Positions 37,703-48,881 of a DNA stretch of 64,000 bases are shown here, piece after piece (position 1 is the first letter of the stretch; each line of letters opens with the position of its first letter). The notes beneath the pieces were generated by a model, which was not told the DNA's origin, made no database searches, and was given only the letters and a program-made list of their open reading frames with translations. The stretch spans positions 384,001 to 448,000 of the forward strand of contig CAVTHO010000005.1 of assembly GCA_963734545.1 (NCBI GenBank), given 5' to 3'. A program made the position numbers and the translations under genes. The DNA is from an uncultured Spirochaetota bacterium. GTDB lineage: Bacteria; Spirochaetota; Spirochaetia; SZUA-6; Fen-1364.

Positions 37703-38626
37703 ATGAATATACAAAAAGAAAACATGATCGCGCTCGGCCCCACGCAGGTGCGCGTGAGCCCCATGGGTGTCGGCACCAACTCCTGGGGTGCGCGCCGCGC
37801 CGCTGATCCCGGCAAGCTCCCCGCCTTCAAAGCGCTGATGGATGCGGGCGTCAACCTGTTCGACACGGCGGAGATATACACTCTGGGAGCCTCCGAGCGC
37901 ACCCTGGGTCACTGCATACAGTCGAGCAACCGGACCCCGATTGTCCTGACCAAATTCTTCCCCCTCCCGTGGCGCTGGCGCAAGGAAGACCTGCCCGGGG
38001 CCCTGCACGCCAGTCTCGCGCGTCTCGGCCTGTCGAAAGTGGACGTCTACCTGCTGCATTTCCCCTGGCCGCCGGTGGCTCTCGAAGTCTGGGCGGACGC
38101 GCTCGCGGATGCGGCGCACGCGGGACTTGCGCGCGCGGTGGGGATCAGCAACTGCAATGCGGAGCAGACCAGGCGCGCGCACGCGGCCCTTGCGGCGCGA
38201 GGGGTCTCTCTCGCCTGCAACGAGGTCGAGTTCAGCCTTCTGAAGCGCGATCCGCAGAGCAGCGGCCTGCTCTCACTCTGCCGCGAGCTCGACGTCACCC
38301 TCATTGCATACCGGCCGCTGGCCATGGGCGTGCTCACCGGCAAGTATTCGACAGAGAATCCGCCGAAAGGCGCGCGCGCCGCCCTGTTCAGCCGTCGATA
38401 CCTTGCCGGGCTCCAACCGCTCATATCCGCATTGACGCGCATCGGAGAGAATCACGGCGGCAAGACCCCCTCACAGGTGGCGATCAACTGGGTCATGTGC
38501 AAGGGAGCGCTTCCCATTCCCGGCGTGAAAGACCTGGGCCAGGCCCTGCAGAACGCCGGCGCGCTCGGGTGGCGCCTGTCAGAGGGGGAAGTCGACGAGC
38601 TCGAGATTGCCGCGCGCGGGGGCTGA
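37703..38626 (+). CDS. Aldo/keto reductase
   Basis: FDTAEIY, TKF, SL.RL....VD.YLLH.P, VGISN, AY.PL..G.LTGKY. Confidence 0.93.
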   Translation: MNIQKENMIALGPTQVRVSPMGVGTNSWGARRAADPGKLPAFKALMDAGVNLFDTAEIYTLGASERTLGHCIQSSNRTPIVLTKFFPLPWRWRKEDLPGALHASLARLGLSKVDVYLLHFPWPPVALEVWADALADAAHAGLARAVGISNCNAEQTRRAHAALAARGVSLACNEVEFSLLKRDPQSSGLLSLCRELDVTLIAYRPLAMGVLTGKYSTENPPKGARAALFSRRYLAGLQPLISALTRIGENHGGKTPSQVAINWVMCKGALPIPGVKDLGQALQNAGALGWRLSEGEVDELEIAARGG

Positions 38627-38746
38627 TTCCCTGCGTCGTCCGCAGCGCGGTACTCCGCGCATTTCGCCCTGCCGTACGACTGGTCGTGAACGGCCGTCGT
38701 TTCCATCGTCCATCTCCCTTTCGTATATTCTTGCGGGGAGACCGAT

Positions 38747-39476
38747 GTGACGACAGGTCAGGAAAAAGTGCTCATCATCGAGGACGACAGGGATATCGCC
38801 GAGGTGGTGGCAATGAATCTCAGGGACCTTGGCCTGCACGCCGAGCGGGCCGAGGACGGAAGGGCAGGTCTGCAGAAGGCCCTGGAGGGGGAATACGCTC
38901 TGGTGATCCTCGATCTGATGCTGCCGAAGATGGACGGCCTGACCGTGTGCGCGCGCATCAGGGAAAGGAACCTCGTCACCCCCATCCTCATGCTCACCGC
39001 AAAGTCCGAGGAGATGGACCGGGTCCTGGGTCTGGAGATCGGGGCCGACGAGTACATCACCAAGCCATTCAGCGTCCGTGAGCTGGTTGCGCGGGTAAAG
39101 GCGCTGCTGCGCAGGGTGCGGACGGACAGGGACGCCGCGGCGGGCCGCGCGCAGAAGGGCAGGGTGGAAAGCGGTGATCTCGTCATGGACTTCGAAAAGA
39201 GGAAAGTGACCCTGGCGGGAGCGACTGTGGACCTCACCGTGAAGGAGTTCGACCTCCTGGCCCTGTTCGCCCGCAACCCCGGGCAGGACATACAGCCGCA
39301 CGGACCTCCTGAATCTCGTGTGGGGGTACCAGTTCGAGGGCTACGAGCACACGGTGAACTCGCACATCAACAGGCTGCGCGCCAAGATCGAGCAGGACCC
39401 CGGTCACCCGCTCTATCTCCGGACCGTGTGGGGCGTGGGATACCGGTTCTCCGAGATCGCGGAGCGCGGGGGATGA
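38747..39476 (+). CDS. OmpR-family response regulator, one frameshift at about 39281
   Basis: Receiver LIIEDD/LDLMLP/KPF; removing one G gives RNPGRTYSR.DLL..VWGY.FEGYEHTVNSHINRLRAKIE.DP..P....TVWGVGYRF, stop TGA 39474-39476. The ORF track falsely fuses it to the kinase. Confidence 0.9.
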
Positions 39477-41024
39477 GCCGGCTCTTCGATTCATTCTACG
39501 CGCGCCTGTCGACCATCTTTCTCCTTCTCATCCTCGCGCTCGGCGGCGGCTGCGTGGCAATCGCGTTCAACTCCGCGGGACACCTTTTCAACGACGTCGA
39601 GCAGCTCCTCAACCGGGAGTACGCCCGCAGCATCGCCAGCGAGCTCGGCCCGCTCGTGGCGCGGGGCTTCTCCGAGGAGCGCGTGCGGAGCGCCATCCAC
39701 TACATGATGGTGCTCAATCCCATGGTGGAGATCTACCTCCTGGACGACAACGGAAGGATCCTGGCCTACTTCCTCAATCCCGCGGAGAAGATCGCGCGCG
39801 ACTCGGTCGACCTCGCTCCGGTGAAGGCGTTCGTCGCCACGGAGGGCGGCAGCCAGATCCGGGGCGAGGATCCGCGCAGTCCCACCAGGATCAAGCCCTT
39901 CTCCGCGGCGGAGCTGCAGATGGGCGCCGCGCGCGGCTACGTGTACATCATACTCGGCGGGGAACGCTATGACGCCTCCGTGCGCATGATCCGTGACAGC
40001 TACTACCTGAGAGCCGGGCTCGTCGCGTTCCTCCTTGCGGTGCTCTCCACGCTGATCGTCGGTCTCTCTCTCTTCTTCCTCCTCACACGGCGGCTGAAAT
40101 CCCTGAGCGACACGGTGCAGGGCTTCGAGCGAGGGGAGCTGGGCCGCAGGGTGGATGCGCGGGGCAGGGATGAGCTGGGCGCGCTGGGCCGCAGCTTCAA
40201 CGAGATGGCCACGACGATCGAGGCGGACGTGGAAAAGCTCAGGCTGGCGGAGCGCATGCGGAGAGACCTGATCGGCAATATCTCCCATGACCTGCGAAGC
40301 CCGCTGGCTTCCATCCAGGGCTACCTGGAAACCATGGCGCTGAAGGACCCGCAGCTCACGCCGGAGGAACGGCGGCAGTTTCTGGATATCAGCCTGAGGA
40401 ACACCTCCCGCCTGCAGAAGCTCGTCGAGGAGCTCTTTGAGCTGGCCAAGCTCGACGCGCGCCAGGTGCAGCTCGCGCCGGAGCCCGCGCAGATCGCCGA
40501 GCTCGCGCAGGATGTCGCCCTGAAGCTCGCCCCGCAGGCCGAGAAGGCACAGGTGACCCTGTCGGTGGACCGCGTGTCCGAGCTCCCCCTGGTGTCCTGT
40601 GACATCGCGATGATCGAGAGGGTGCTCACCAACCTCATCGAGAACGCCCTTCGATTCACTCCGGCTCGCCGGTTCGGTGCGGGTAGAGCTCATGCGCTGT
40701 GACGACTCGGTCCGGGTGACCGTGGCGGACACGGGGGCGGGGATCGCGCCCGAAGACCTTCCCCACATCTTCGACCGGTTCTACCGTGCCGACAAGAGCC
40801 GGGACAGGTCCACGGCCGGGAGTCCAGATGCCGCTCGCGGCGGCCGCGAGTCCGCCGGGTACGGCGTACCCGGTGGATTTGGCGCCGGGGCGGGCCTGGG
40901 GCTTGCCATTGCACGGCAGATGGTCGAGCTTCACGGGAGCGTGCTGGCCGTCGAAAGCAAGCCGGGCGAGGGCGCGCGGTTTTCCTTCAGCCTTTCGGCG
41001 CGTCCCGTCCCGGTCCCTGTGTGA
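39473..41024 (+). CDS. HAMP sensor histidine kinase, one frameshift at about 40667
   Basis: ATGA overlap with the regulator; two TM helices, HAMP, ISHDLRSPL H-box, NLIENA; V.DTG.GI, IFDRFYR and GLGLAIA continue in ORF 40677-41024. Confidence 0.88.
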
Positions 41025-41074
41025 CGATCTTGTTTCGGGCCCGTGATACTTCCGTGATGCCCCGACAGTATCTT
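41021..41074 (+). promoter_or_regulatory. 11-bp-period direct repeats (candidate OmpR-family box) plus -10 element upstream of dipZ
   Basis: GTGA at 41021, GTTT at 41032, GTGA at 41043 and 41054 (CCGTGAT twice); TATCTT at 41069-41074. Confidence 0.55.
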
Positions 41075-41101
41075 GATGCACATGCATGAAAGGAATGCTA
41101 C

Positions 41102-42922
41102 ATGACGGTCATTCTGGCGTTCGCCTTCCTGTCAGGGGTCATTACGATTCTCTCCCCCTGCATTCTGCCCGTGCTTCCCATCGTGCTTTCGGGAAGCGTG
41201 GGGGGAGGCAAGGCGCGTCCCTTCGGCGTGCTGGCGGGTTTTGTCGTGAGCTTCACGGCGTTCACCCTGTCGCTCTCCGCCATCGTGCAGGCAATCGGCA
41301 TACCTGTGGACGCGCTGCGAGTCGTGGCAGTGGTGCTCATCATCCTGTTCGGCCTCGTGATGCTGGTGCCGTGGCTGCGCGACAGGTTCGAGATCCTCAC
41401 CTCGAGGATTGCCAGCCGGGGCAGCAAGGCCGGGTCCCCCGCGGCGGGTGCCGCCGGCGCGCCGCAGGGCCGATGGGCCGGATTCTGGAGCGGGCTGGTG
41501 GTCGGCCTGAGCCTCGGCCTGATCTGGACCCCGTGCGTCGGGCCGATCATGGCCTCGGTGATCAGCCTGGCTCTCACGCAGCATGTGGACGGCGGATCGG
41601 TTTCCATCACTCTTGCGTACACCCTGGGAACGTCCATCCCTATGCTTGCGATCATGCTCGGAGGCCGGGCGCTCCTCAAGAAGGTGCCTGCGCTCACGCG
41701 CAATGCGGCGAATATCCAGAAGGGCTTCGGCGTCCTCATGATCCTTGTAGGCGTGGCGATCGGTCTCGGCTGGGACCGGCAGTTCCAGGCCACGATCCTT
41801 CGGCTGTTTCCCAACTATGGCACGGGCCTGACCGCGATTGAAAAGACGGCACCCGTGCAGTCCGCCCTGAAGGCGCGCGCGCCTGCCATGGCGGCACGTG
41901 CTCCCACCGGCGGCGCCGACGTATTCAGCGCTCCTGAGGTTGCACCAGAGAACGGAGTTCTGGGCGACTACGGGGCTGCCCCGGCATTCCTGACCCAGGG
42001 GAACTGGTTCAATACGGAAGGGCTTTCCCCCACTGCCGGCCAGATGGCCCAGGGAGCTTCAATGCCCCTCACCCTGGAAGCGCTGCGCGGCAAGGTTGTC
42101 GTGGTGGACTTCTGGACCTACAGCTGCATCAACTGCGTGCGCACGATTCCCTATCTCCGGGCCTGGTACGATACCTACCGGGACAAGGGGCTGGTGATCG
42201 TGGGTGTGCATACTCCCGAGTTCGAGTTCGAGAAGAACCCTGCGAACGTGGCCAAAGCGATCCGTGAGCTCGGCGTGAACTGGCCGGTGGTGCAGGACAA
42301 TGACTATGTGCAGTGGAACGCGTACGCCAACTTGTACTGGCCGGCCCACTATTTCATCGATGCGAAGGGCAGGGTGCGGTACTTCCACTTTGGTGAAGGC
42401 GAGTACGACGTCTCTGAAAAGGTCATTCAGGCCCTGCTGAAAGAGGCGGGGGCGAACGTGGGCGGCATCGTGTCCCGGCCCGCGCCGCAACTGGAGTCGC
42501 AGACCCCGGAGACCTATCTCGGGTACGACCGGGCGCAGGGCTTTGCATCTGCCGTGAATCCCGTGGCAGACAAACCCGCGGACTACCTGCCGGCCCGGGT
42601 CCCGCGCAACGGCGAATGGAACCTGACAGGCACGTGGACAATCTCTCCGCAGTACGTGGTCCCGGAGTCCTCGGGGACCCTGCAGCTCGGCTTCGACGCC
42701 AAGAACGTGTTTCTCGTGGTGGAGCCGCAGGCACCGGGAGGAAGCATTTCGGTTTTTGTGGACGGCTCACGCGCCGGGGACACGGCAGACCTCAAGAAGG
42801 GCATGCTGGAGCCCCGGGAAAGCAGAATGTACCAGCTGGTCGGGCTGAACGCGCCCGGCCCGCACACATTGCGTCTTGAAGTGAAGGGGAAGATCCGTCT
42901 CTTTGCCTTCACGTTCGGATGA
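41102..42922 (+). CDS. dipZ: DipZ-type CcdA-thioredoxin fusion (transmembrane electron relay)
   Basis: SPCILP and WTPCVGP (CcdA Cys pair), [10 protein letters not shown] thioredoxin, GVHTPEF.FE, TPETYLG and C-terminal FTFG. Confidence 0.9.
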   Translation: MTVILAFAFLSGVITILSPCILPVLPIVLSGSVGGGKARPFGVLAGFVVSFTAFTLSLSAIVQAIGIPVDALRVVAVVLIILFGLVMLVPWLRDRFEILTSRIASRGSKAGSPAAGAAGAPQGRWAGFWSGLVVGLSLGLIWTPCVGPIMASVISLALTQHVDGGSVSITLAYTLGTSIPMLAIMLGGRALLKKVPALTRNAANIQKGFGVLMILVGVAIGLGWDRQFQATILRLFPNYGTGLTAIEKTAPVQSALKARAPAMAARAPTGGADVFSAPEVAPENGVLGDYGAAPAFLTQGNWFNTEGLSPTAGQMAQGASMPLTLEALRGKVVVVDFWTYSCINCVRTIPYLRAWYDTYRDKGLVIVGVHTPEFEFEKNPANVAKAIRELGVNWPVVQDNDYVQWNAYANLYWPAHYFIDAKGRVRYFHFGEGEYDVSEKVIQALLKEAGANVGGIVSRPAPQLESQTPETYLGYDRAQGFASAVNPVADKPADYLPARVPRNGEWNLTGTWTISPQYVVPESSGTLQLGFDAKNVFLVVEPQAPGGSISVFVDGSRAGDTADLKKGMLEPRESRMYQLVGLNAPGPHTLRLEVKGKIRLFAFTFG

Positions 42923-42947
42923 CACGCATGATGAGGAGGTTGCCTCT

Positions 42948-44039
42948 ATGAAGAGGATGACTTTGTTGATTTCGTTTTTCGCCCTGACTGCCGCGGCGAT
43001 AATGGCGGCACCCCAGTCTCCCGACCTCGCCAGGCCGCAGGTCGCGATATTCGCGGGCGGCTGCTTCTGGAGCATGCAGTCAGCTTTCGAGAAGGTGTAC
43101 GGGGTCATCACGGCTGTCTCCGGCTATACGGGTGGAAATACCCGCAAGCCGAACTACGGCAACTATGCGGCGGGCGGCCACGTGGAGGCGGTGCAGGTCA
43201 CGTGGGACCCCGGCCGGGTCAGCTATGCCGAGCTGCTGGATGCGTATTGGCGCCACACGGACCCCACTGACGCCCGCGGGCAATTCGTGGACAGGGGGCC
43301 CCAGTACCGGCCCGTCGTGTTCTGGCAGGACGATTCGCAGCGCGCAGCGGCGGAAGCGTCAAAGGCGGCGCTGGGCAAGTCCGGGAAATTCTCTGCTCCC
43401 ATCGTGACAGAAATCCGCAAAGCGGAGCCTTTTTATGCGGCGGAGGACTACCACCAGGACTACGCCCGCAAGAATCCCTCTGCCTACCAGGCGTACTTCG
43501 ACGGTTCGGGCCGCACGAAGCTCTTTGCAAGGGTCTGGGGTGCCGCGGCTGTCATGGACCCTGCCGCACCACCATCGGCAGCGAAGGGCACCTGGCGCAA
43601 GCCCTCGGAGGACCAGCTCAGGAAAATGCTCAATCCGATGCAATTCGACGTGACCCAGAGGGAGGGGACCGAGCCGCCCTTCCAGAACGAGTACTTCCAC
43701 AACGAGCGGGAAGGGATCTACGTCGACATCGTCTCGGGCGAGCCCCTGTTCAGCTCCACCGACAAATACGATTCCGGCACGGGATGGCCCAGCTTTACCC
43801 GGCCCCTCGCGCCGAGCAACATCGTGCTGCATGAGGACCGGACATTCGGCATGGTGCGGATCGAGGTGAAAAGCCGGTATGCGAGCTCCCATCTCGGCCA
43901 TCTTTTCGACGACGGTCCCGCGCCGACAGGGCTGCGCTATTGCATGGACTCCGCCTCCCTGCGGTTCATTCCGGTCGCGGACATGCAGAAGGAAGGCTAC
44001 GGCCAGTACCTGAAGCTGTTTCAGAAGTCTTCCGGCTGA
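42948..44039 (+). CDS. msrAB: Exported bifunctional methionine sulfoxide reductase A/B
   Basis: Signal peptide after a GAGGAGG RBS; [20 protein letters not shown] (MsrA); GTGWPSF, HLGH.F.DGP, RYC (MsrB). Confidence 0.93.
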   Translation: MKRMTLLISFFALTAAAIMAAPQSPDLARPQVAIFAGGCFWSMQSAFEKVYGVITAVSGYTGGNTRKPNYGNYAAGGHVEAVQVTWDPGRVSYAELLDAYWRHTDPTDARGQFVDRGPQYRPVVFWQDDSQRAAAEASKAALGKSGKFSAPIVTEIRKAEPFYAAEDYHQDYARKNPSAYQAYFDGSGRTKLFARVWGAAAVMDPAAPPSAAKGTWRKPSEDQLRKMLNPMQFDVTQREGTEPPFQNEYFHNEREGIYVDIVSGEPLFSSTDKYDSGTGWPSFTRPLAPSNIVLHEDRTFGMVRIEVKSRYASSHLGHLFDDGPAPTGLRYCMDSASLRFIPVADMQKEGYGQYLKLFQKSSG

Positions 44040-44106
44040 ATACCGCGGAAGGGCTACGGTCGGCCTTTCGGCCATCCATGGCCTCGGCCGACCTCGCCGT
44101 CCCTGG

Positions 44107-44685
44107 CTACGGCGCGAACTCGGATTTCAATAACCCGTAGATCATGGTCCCGCTGAGGGTTCCGTCCCTGTTCTTCTTGTTCTGGCGCAGATGTCCTTCC
44201 CTCACCATACCGCAGCGCTCCGCCACCCGCATACTGCGCGCATTGGTGTCATCGCATTCCAGGCGCACCCGGCCGGCATGCAGATGCTGGAAGACGAATC
44301 CCAATGCCGCTCGCACGGCCTCCGAGACGTAGCCGCGTCCTTCGTGCGCCTTGTCGACGAAGTAGCCGATCTGGAACTCCGGCAGCTCCCACGAGACGGG
44401 ACCGACAAACACCTGGGCCACAAACTCGTCACTCGACCTGTCGAAAGCCCCCAGAAAGAAGCTCCTGCGCTCCGCCCACTGCACGGCCAGGCTCCGCACC
44501 AGGTTTTCCGCTTCCCGTTCGCTTCGGATCGCCATCACCGGATTTTCCGATTCATAGCGTGAGAGATGCGCCAGATTCTTCTGGCACATGGGGTAGTACC
44601 AGCGGCCATCGCCTTCCGCGTAGGGGCGCAGGTACAGGCGCTCGGTTTCTATTCGCGAGGGAATGTCGGGGAGCGCCTTCTGCAT
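44107..44685 (-). CDS. RimJ/RimL-type GNAT N-acetyltransferase
   Basis: IETERL.LRP, IGY......GRGY.SEA, N..S.RVAERCG...EG.LR; ATG 44685 coupled to the lspA stop (TGATG). Confidence 0.9.
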   Translation of the reverse strand: MQKALPDIPSRIETERLYLRPYAEGDGRWYYPMCQKNLAHLSRYESENPVMAIRSEREAENLVRSLAVQWAERRSFFLGAFDRSSDEFVAQVFVGPVSWELPEFQIGYFVDKAHEGRGYVSEAVRAALGFVFQHLHAGRVRLECDDTNARSMRVAERCGMVREGHLRQNKKNRDGTLSGTMIYGLLKSEFAP

Positions 44686-45182
44686 CAGGCCTTCCTCTTC
44701 CACGGGCTTACCACCAGCAGCAGGCATCCGATGAGCACCCACAAGTCGGCGAGATTGAAGACGCCTGTCCGCACGGACCCGATTCCCAGGATGAGGAAAT
44801 CGCTCACCCTCCCGTCGCGGAACAATCTGTCGATGAGATTGCCGAAGCCGCCGCCCGCGATGAAGGAGAACCCCACGATGAAAGTCCAGCCGGTTTCCTT
44901 GTTCCGCGCGAGAGAGAAGATGATCCAGAAAAGGATGAGGAGAGGAAACGCGACAAATGTCACTGTCCGGACAGGGCGTGGCAGCCGGGCCCCCAGGCCG
45001 AGGAATCCGCCTTCGTTCTCCACGTAGTGCAGAACGAGGATGCTGTCCACCAGGAAAGCCGTGCCGCCGTTCATCAGCCGGGCGCGCGCGATCTGCTTTG
45101 TCGCCTGGTCGCAGCCGATGCTCGCGAGAACAATGACGAGGATAAGGAGCGCTTTCAGGAGTCGTGTGCGGGCAGGAACCAC
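44685..45182 (-). CDS. lspA: Lipoprotein signal peptidase II
   Basis: DQ.TK, N.GGFLG, GG..GNLIDR, V.DFL, FNLAD; GTG 45182. Confidence 0.9.
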   Translation of the reverse strand: MVPARTRLLKALLILVIVLASIGCDQATKQIARARLMNGGTAFLVDSILVLHYVENEGGFLGLGARLPRPVRTVTFVAFPLLILFWIIFSLARNKETGWTFIVGFSFIAGGGFGNLIDRLFRDGRVSDFLILGIGSVRTGVFNLADLWVLIGCLLLVVSPWKRKA

Positions 45183-45231
45183 GCCGGGAGTTTGACATGG
45201 GCCCGGGGCCGATGCAATACTGCGCCGAGGT

Positions 45232-46098
45232 ATGCAGTCAAAGGCGACAATCCAGGCGCTGTCCGCCATGCTCCTCTGGAGCATGCTTGCCTTCCTGAGC
45301 GTGCAGTTGTCCGGCATCCCGCCGTTCCTGCTCATCGGCCTTGCCCTGATCATCGGCGCCCTGTGCGGCGCGCACCGACTCTCGCAATGGCGGGTCCCGG
45401 CAAAAGTGCTGCTCCTCGGCATGTACGGGCTTTTTGGATACCATTTCTGCCTGTTCACGGCGTTGAGGCTCGCCCCGCCCGTGGAAGCGAATCTCATCAA
45501 CTACCTGTGGCCTCTCCTCATCGTGGTACTGTCACCGGTCTTCCTGGCCGGGTTTTCCCTGAAAGCGCGCCACATAGCCGCCGCGCTCCTGGGTCTGGCA
45601 GGCGCGGCGCTCATTGTCACGGGAGGCAGGCTGAGCTTTGACAGCCGCTACATGCCGGGCTACCTCCTCGCAGCGCTTGCCGCCTTCATCTGGTCGAGCT
45701 ACTCGCTCATGACCAGGAGGATCAAGTCGTTCCCGAACGCCGCGATCGGGCTGTTCTGTCTCTGCTCCGGCCTGCTCTCGCTCCTGATGCATTTCCTGCT
45801 CGAGCCGAGGCATGACTTCGCGCTGAAGGAGGTCCCGCTCCTGATCCTGCTCGGCATCGGGCCGATGGGAGCGGCCTTCTTCCTCTGGAACGCTGCGCTG
45901 CGAAACGGCGACCCCCGGGTCATCGGCTCGATCGCGTATCTGACACCCCTGCTCTCCACGCTGGTCCTGATCGTGAGTGGAAGCGGGCGGTTTACATTCC
46001 AGGCCGGGATTGCGATCGTGCTCATCGTGGGCGGCTCGGTTGTCGGATCTCTCAAAACCGGTGCACAATCACATGAAACAGTGAGGAGGGTCCAGTGA
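45232..46098 (+). CDS. EamA/DMT family transporter
   Basis: About 10 TM helices; ALR.AP.VEANLINYLWP, Y.TPLLST; TTGACA at 45192 upstream. Confidence 0.92.
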   Translation: MQSKATIQALSAMLLWSMLAFLSVQLSGIPPFLLIGLALIIGALCGAHRLSQWRVPAKVLLLGMYGLFGYHFCLFTALRLAPPVEANLINYLWPLLIVVLSPVFLAGFSLKARHIAAALLGLAGAALIVTGGRLSFDSRYMPGYLLAALAAFIWSSYSLMTRRIKSFPNAAIGLFCLCSGLLSLLMHFLLEPRHDFALKEVPLLILLGIGPMGAAFFLWNAALRNGDPRVIGSIAYLTPLLSTLVLIVSGSGRFTFQAGIAIVLIVGGSVVGSLKTGAQSHETVRRVQ

Positions 46099-46143
46099 GC
46101 AGAGTATCGTTTGGCCTGCAGCTTCTTCTGAAGTGAGAGAGCG

Positions 46144-47028
46144 ATGAACAGCCTCAGATCCATGATGGAAAGAGGGGACCTCATTGTCCTTGACGGGGCG
46201 ATGGGAACCGAGCTCGTTCGGCGGGGCGTGGAATCAGTCGCTCATGCGAACCTGTCGCACCCGGACACGGTCTTTAAAATCCACGACGAATATTTCAAGG
46301 CGGGAAGCACCGCGGCGATAACAAACACGCTGACAATGAATCGCATCTTCATCGAATCGCATGGAATCGGCATTGACGTCAAAGGCGTCAATGTCGCCGG
46401 CGCAGCGATTGCGCGCTCGTGTGCGAAGGGCAGGGGTTCCGTATGGGGGAACCTGAGCTCGACAGGGCAGATGCTGGAGCCGTATGGGACCTACGCAGAG
46501 GCAGACTTCATTGCCGCATTCAAGGAACAGGCCGGATATCTGCAGGAGGGCGGCGTGGATGGGTTCATCATCGAGACGATATTCGATCTGCGCGAGGCTG
46601 TCTGTGCGCTCCGCGCCTGCAGGGAAGCATCTTCCCTGCCCGTCATTGTATCGATGTCATTCAGCACCGAACAGAACGGCGGAAGGACCATGATGGGGAA
46701 CTCCGCGATTGACTGCGCTTCCTGCCTGACCGAAGAAGGCGCGGATGCGCTGGGCGCCAATTGTGGAGGCGTTGATCCGGTTCAAATGGCGGAAATCGTA
46801 CGCGCACTCTCCCGGGCTACCACGCTGCCGATTGTCGCCGAGGCGAATGCCGGCAAACCCCGGCTGATCGACGGGAGAACGGAATTCGACATGGATCCTG
46901 CCACATTCGCGCTCGGAATGCGGGAATGCAGGCTGGCCGGCGCCCGAATCCTGGGCGGTTGTTGTGGAACGACGCCGGATCACATACGCGCGCTCGCGCG
47001 CGCACTGGCAGACGGAGGAAAAAGATGA
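46144..47028 (+). CDS. Stand-alone homocysteine S-methyltransferase domain
   Basis: VLDGAMGTEL, H..Y..AGS, IET, GANC, NAG.P, GGCCGTTP.HI (Zn ligands). Confidence 0.92.
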   Translation: MNSLRSMMERGDLIVLDGAMGTELVRRGVESVAHANLSHPDTVFKIHDEYFKAGSTAAITNTLTMNRIFIESHGIGIDVKGVNVAGAAIARSCAKGRGSVWGNLSSTGQMLEPYGTYAEADFIAAFKEQAGYLQEGGVDGFIIETIFDLREAVCALRACREASSLPVIVSMSFSTEQNGGRTMMGNSAIDCASCLTEEGADALGANCGGVDPVQMAEIVRALSRATTLPIVAEANAGKPRLIDGRTEFDMDPATFALGMRECRLAGARILGGCCGTTPDHIRALARALADGGKR

Positions 47029-47477
47029 CAGGAAAAAGCGATTCGGCAGCCGATGTCTTCAGGTCAGGCTTCAATTGCGCGCAGGCCGTGTTCTCTGCCC
47101 ATGCAGCCGGCTTTGGCATCCCGGAAGATGACGCGTTGCGGATTGCATGCGGATTCGGCGGCGGGATGGGCCGATTGCAGGAGACATGCGGAGCGGTGAC
47201 GGGCGCATTCATGCTGATAGGGTGCCGACACGGCATGATTGCCAAAGACGATGCTGCGGCAAAGGAAAAGACCTACGTATGCGTACGACAGTTCGCCGAT
47301 CGGTTCATCGAAAAGAACAAGAGCATCTCCTGCAAGACCCTGCTTGGCTGTGACCTGCAGAGCGATGAAGGGAAGAAGTACTTCAAAGAACACGGCCTGC
47401 AGGAAACTGTCTGCGTGAAATGCGTGCGAGACGCGGTTTCCATCGTGGAACAGATGCTCTTCGACGAAAGCAGATAA
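47025..47477 (+). CDS. C-GCAxxG-C-C family putative redox protein
   Basis: GFNCAQAV, FGGGMG...TCGAVTGA, S..C..LLG, C.KC; ATGA overlap with the upstream gene. Confidence 0.92.
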   Translation: MTGKSDSAADVFRSGFNCAQAVFSAHAAGFGIPEDDALRIACGFGGGMGRLQETCGAVTGAFMLIGCRHGMIAKDDAAAKEKTYVCVRQFADRFIEKNKSISCKTLLGCDLQSDEGKKYFKEHGLQETVCVKCVRDAVSIVEQMLFDESR

Positions 47478-47507
47478 CAGAGAGGGCGCCGCCGAAACCT
47501 CGGCTTC

Positions 47508-48854
47508 CTAGGCCCGGGCAACGCGGATCATGGCCTCCAGGCTCCGCTCCACGTCCGCTTCAGTCGTTGCCCAGCTGGAGACGCTGATTCTCATGGCATT
47601 TTTCCCCTGCCAGATTGTGCCCCCGCACCAGCACGTGCCCTCTGCCTGAATGCCGGCGATGACCTTGCGGGTATCTTCCGCGTTTCCGAACGAGACGAGA
47701 ACCTGGTTCAGGACCACGTCGTTCAGCACCTCGAATCCCGCTGCGCGTAGTCCTTCCGCGAACCGCGCGGCATACCGGCAGGTCCGCTCCACCAGGTCCG
47801 CGACGCCGTTCCTCCCGAGGGACTTCAGCGCAGCCCACACCTCCACCCCTCTGGCCCGGCGGGAAAGCTCCGGCGTGTAGTCCGAGGGATTGCGCTGCGC
47901 GCCCGCAGGGGGCAGGTAGTCGGCCGTGATTGCCATGGCTGCCCGCAGCGCCTCGGGATCCCGCACAAAGGCGAGCCCGCAATCGTAGGGCACATTCAGC
48001 CACTTGTGCGCGTCGGTGGCCCACGAATCCGCCTCCGCAATCCCCGCGGCAAGATGCTTCCGCCCGGGGGCCGCGGCCGCCCAGAGACCAAATGCGCCGT
48101 CCACGTGCACCCATGCGCCTGCCGCGTGGGCTTTCCGGCACACCTCCTGGATCGGATCGAACGCGCCGGTGTTCACATTGCCTGCCTGCGCGCAGACAAT
48201 GGTCGGTCCGGACAGTCGGGGCAGCTTGTCGGCGCGCATTCTTCCCTGGCCATCCACGGGCACGCGCAGCACGCGCTTTCGTCCCAGCCCGAGGAGCCCC
48301 AGTGACTTGAAGAGGGTCGAGTGGGCCTCTTCACCGACGACGACCGTAAGGGGAGGGGCGCCGAAAAGCCCGTCCGCCTCGACACTCCAGCCGGCCTGCT
48401 GAAGCTCGACGTGCCGCGCTGCCGCAAGCGCCGTGAAGTTCGCCATGGTGGCACCGGTAACGAAGCCGGCCCCGCATCCCTGCGGCAATCCGAGGATATC
48501 GATCAGCCATTTCAGGGCGATCCGCTCCAGGATCGCTGCGCCCGGGGTCACGCTGGAGAACGCGGCGTTCTGATCCCACGCCGCGGCCAGCCAGTTCGCG
48601 GCCACTGTCACGGGAAGCGAGCCGCCGATGACGAAACCGAAAAACCGGGGCCCGGCCATGGCCATGGTCGCCGGTGAGCACACCTCGTCGAGCGTCTGCA
48701 GCACCGTGTCGGGCCGGACAGACTCCTCGGCCAGCGGTTCATCGAGCGCGGACAGGACAGCTTCATCAGCGGCAAACGGCGCAACCTGCCGGGTTTCAAG
48801 GCCTTCCAGGTATGCGATTGCCCGGCGCGCGCTTTCTTCCAGGAGTCGACGCAT
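47508..48854 (-). CDS. Group II PLP-dependent decarboxylase
   Basis: PRFFGFV.GG, G.T.AN..AL, G.VNTGAFD, W.HVDGAFG, D.HKWL.VPY. Confidence 0.92.
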   Translation of the reverse strand: MRRLLEESARRAIAYLEGLETRQVAPFAADEAVLSALDEPLAEESVRPDTVLQTLDEVCSPATMAMAGPRFFGFVIGGSLPVTVAANWLAAAWDQNAAFSSVTPGAAILERIALKWLIDILGLPQGCGAGFVTGATMANFTALAAARHVELQQAGWSVEADGLFGAPPLTVVVGEEAHSTLFKSLGLLGLGRKRVLRVPVDGQGRMRADKLPRLSGPTIVCAQAGNVNTGAFDPIQEVCRKAHAAGAWVHVDGAFGLWAAAAPGRKHLAAGIAEADSWATDAHKWLNVPYDCGLAFVRDPEALRAAMAITADYLPPAGAQRNPSDYTPELSRRARGVEVWAALKSLGRNGVADLVERTCRYAARFAEGLRAAGFEVLNDVVLNQVLVSFGNAEDTRKVIAGIQAEGTCWCGGTIWQGKNAMRISVSSWATTEADVERSLEAMIRVARA

Positions 48855-48881
48855 CGTGCCCTCCTCAACGAGGCCGTGTGA

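Noticed and set aside
38747-40702. Novel response regulator-kinase fusion protein (651 aa in the ORF track)
   Set aside because: Produced by a +1 indel at about 39281; the wHTH continues intact in another frame and ends at an ATGA overlap with the kinase start
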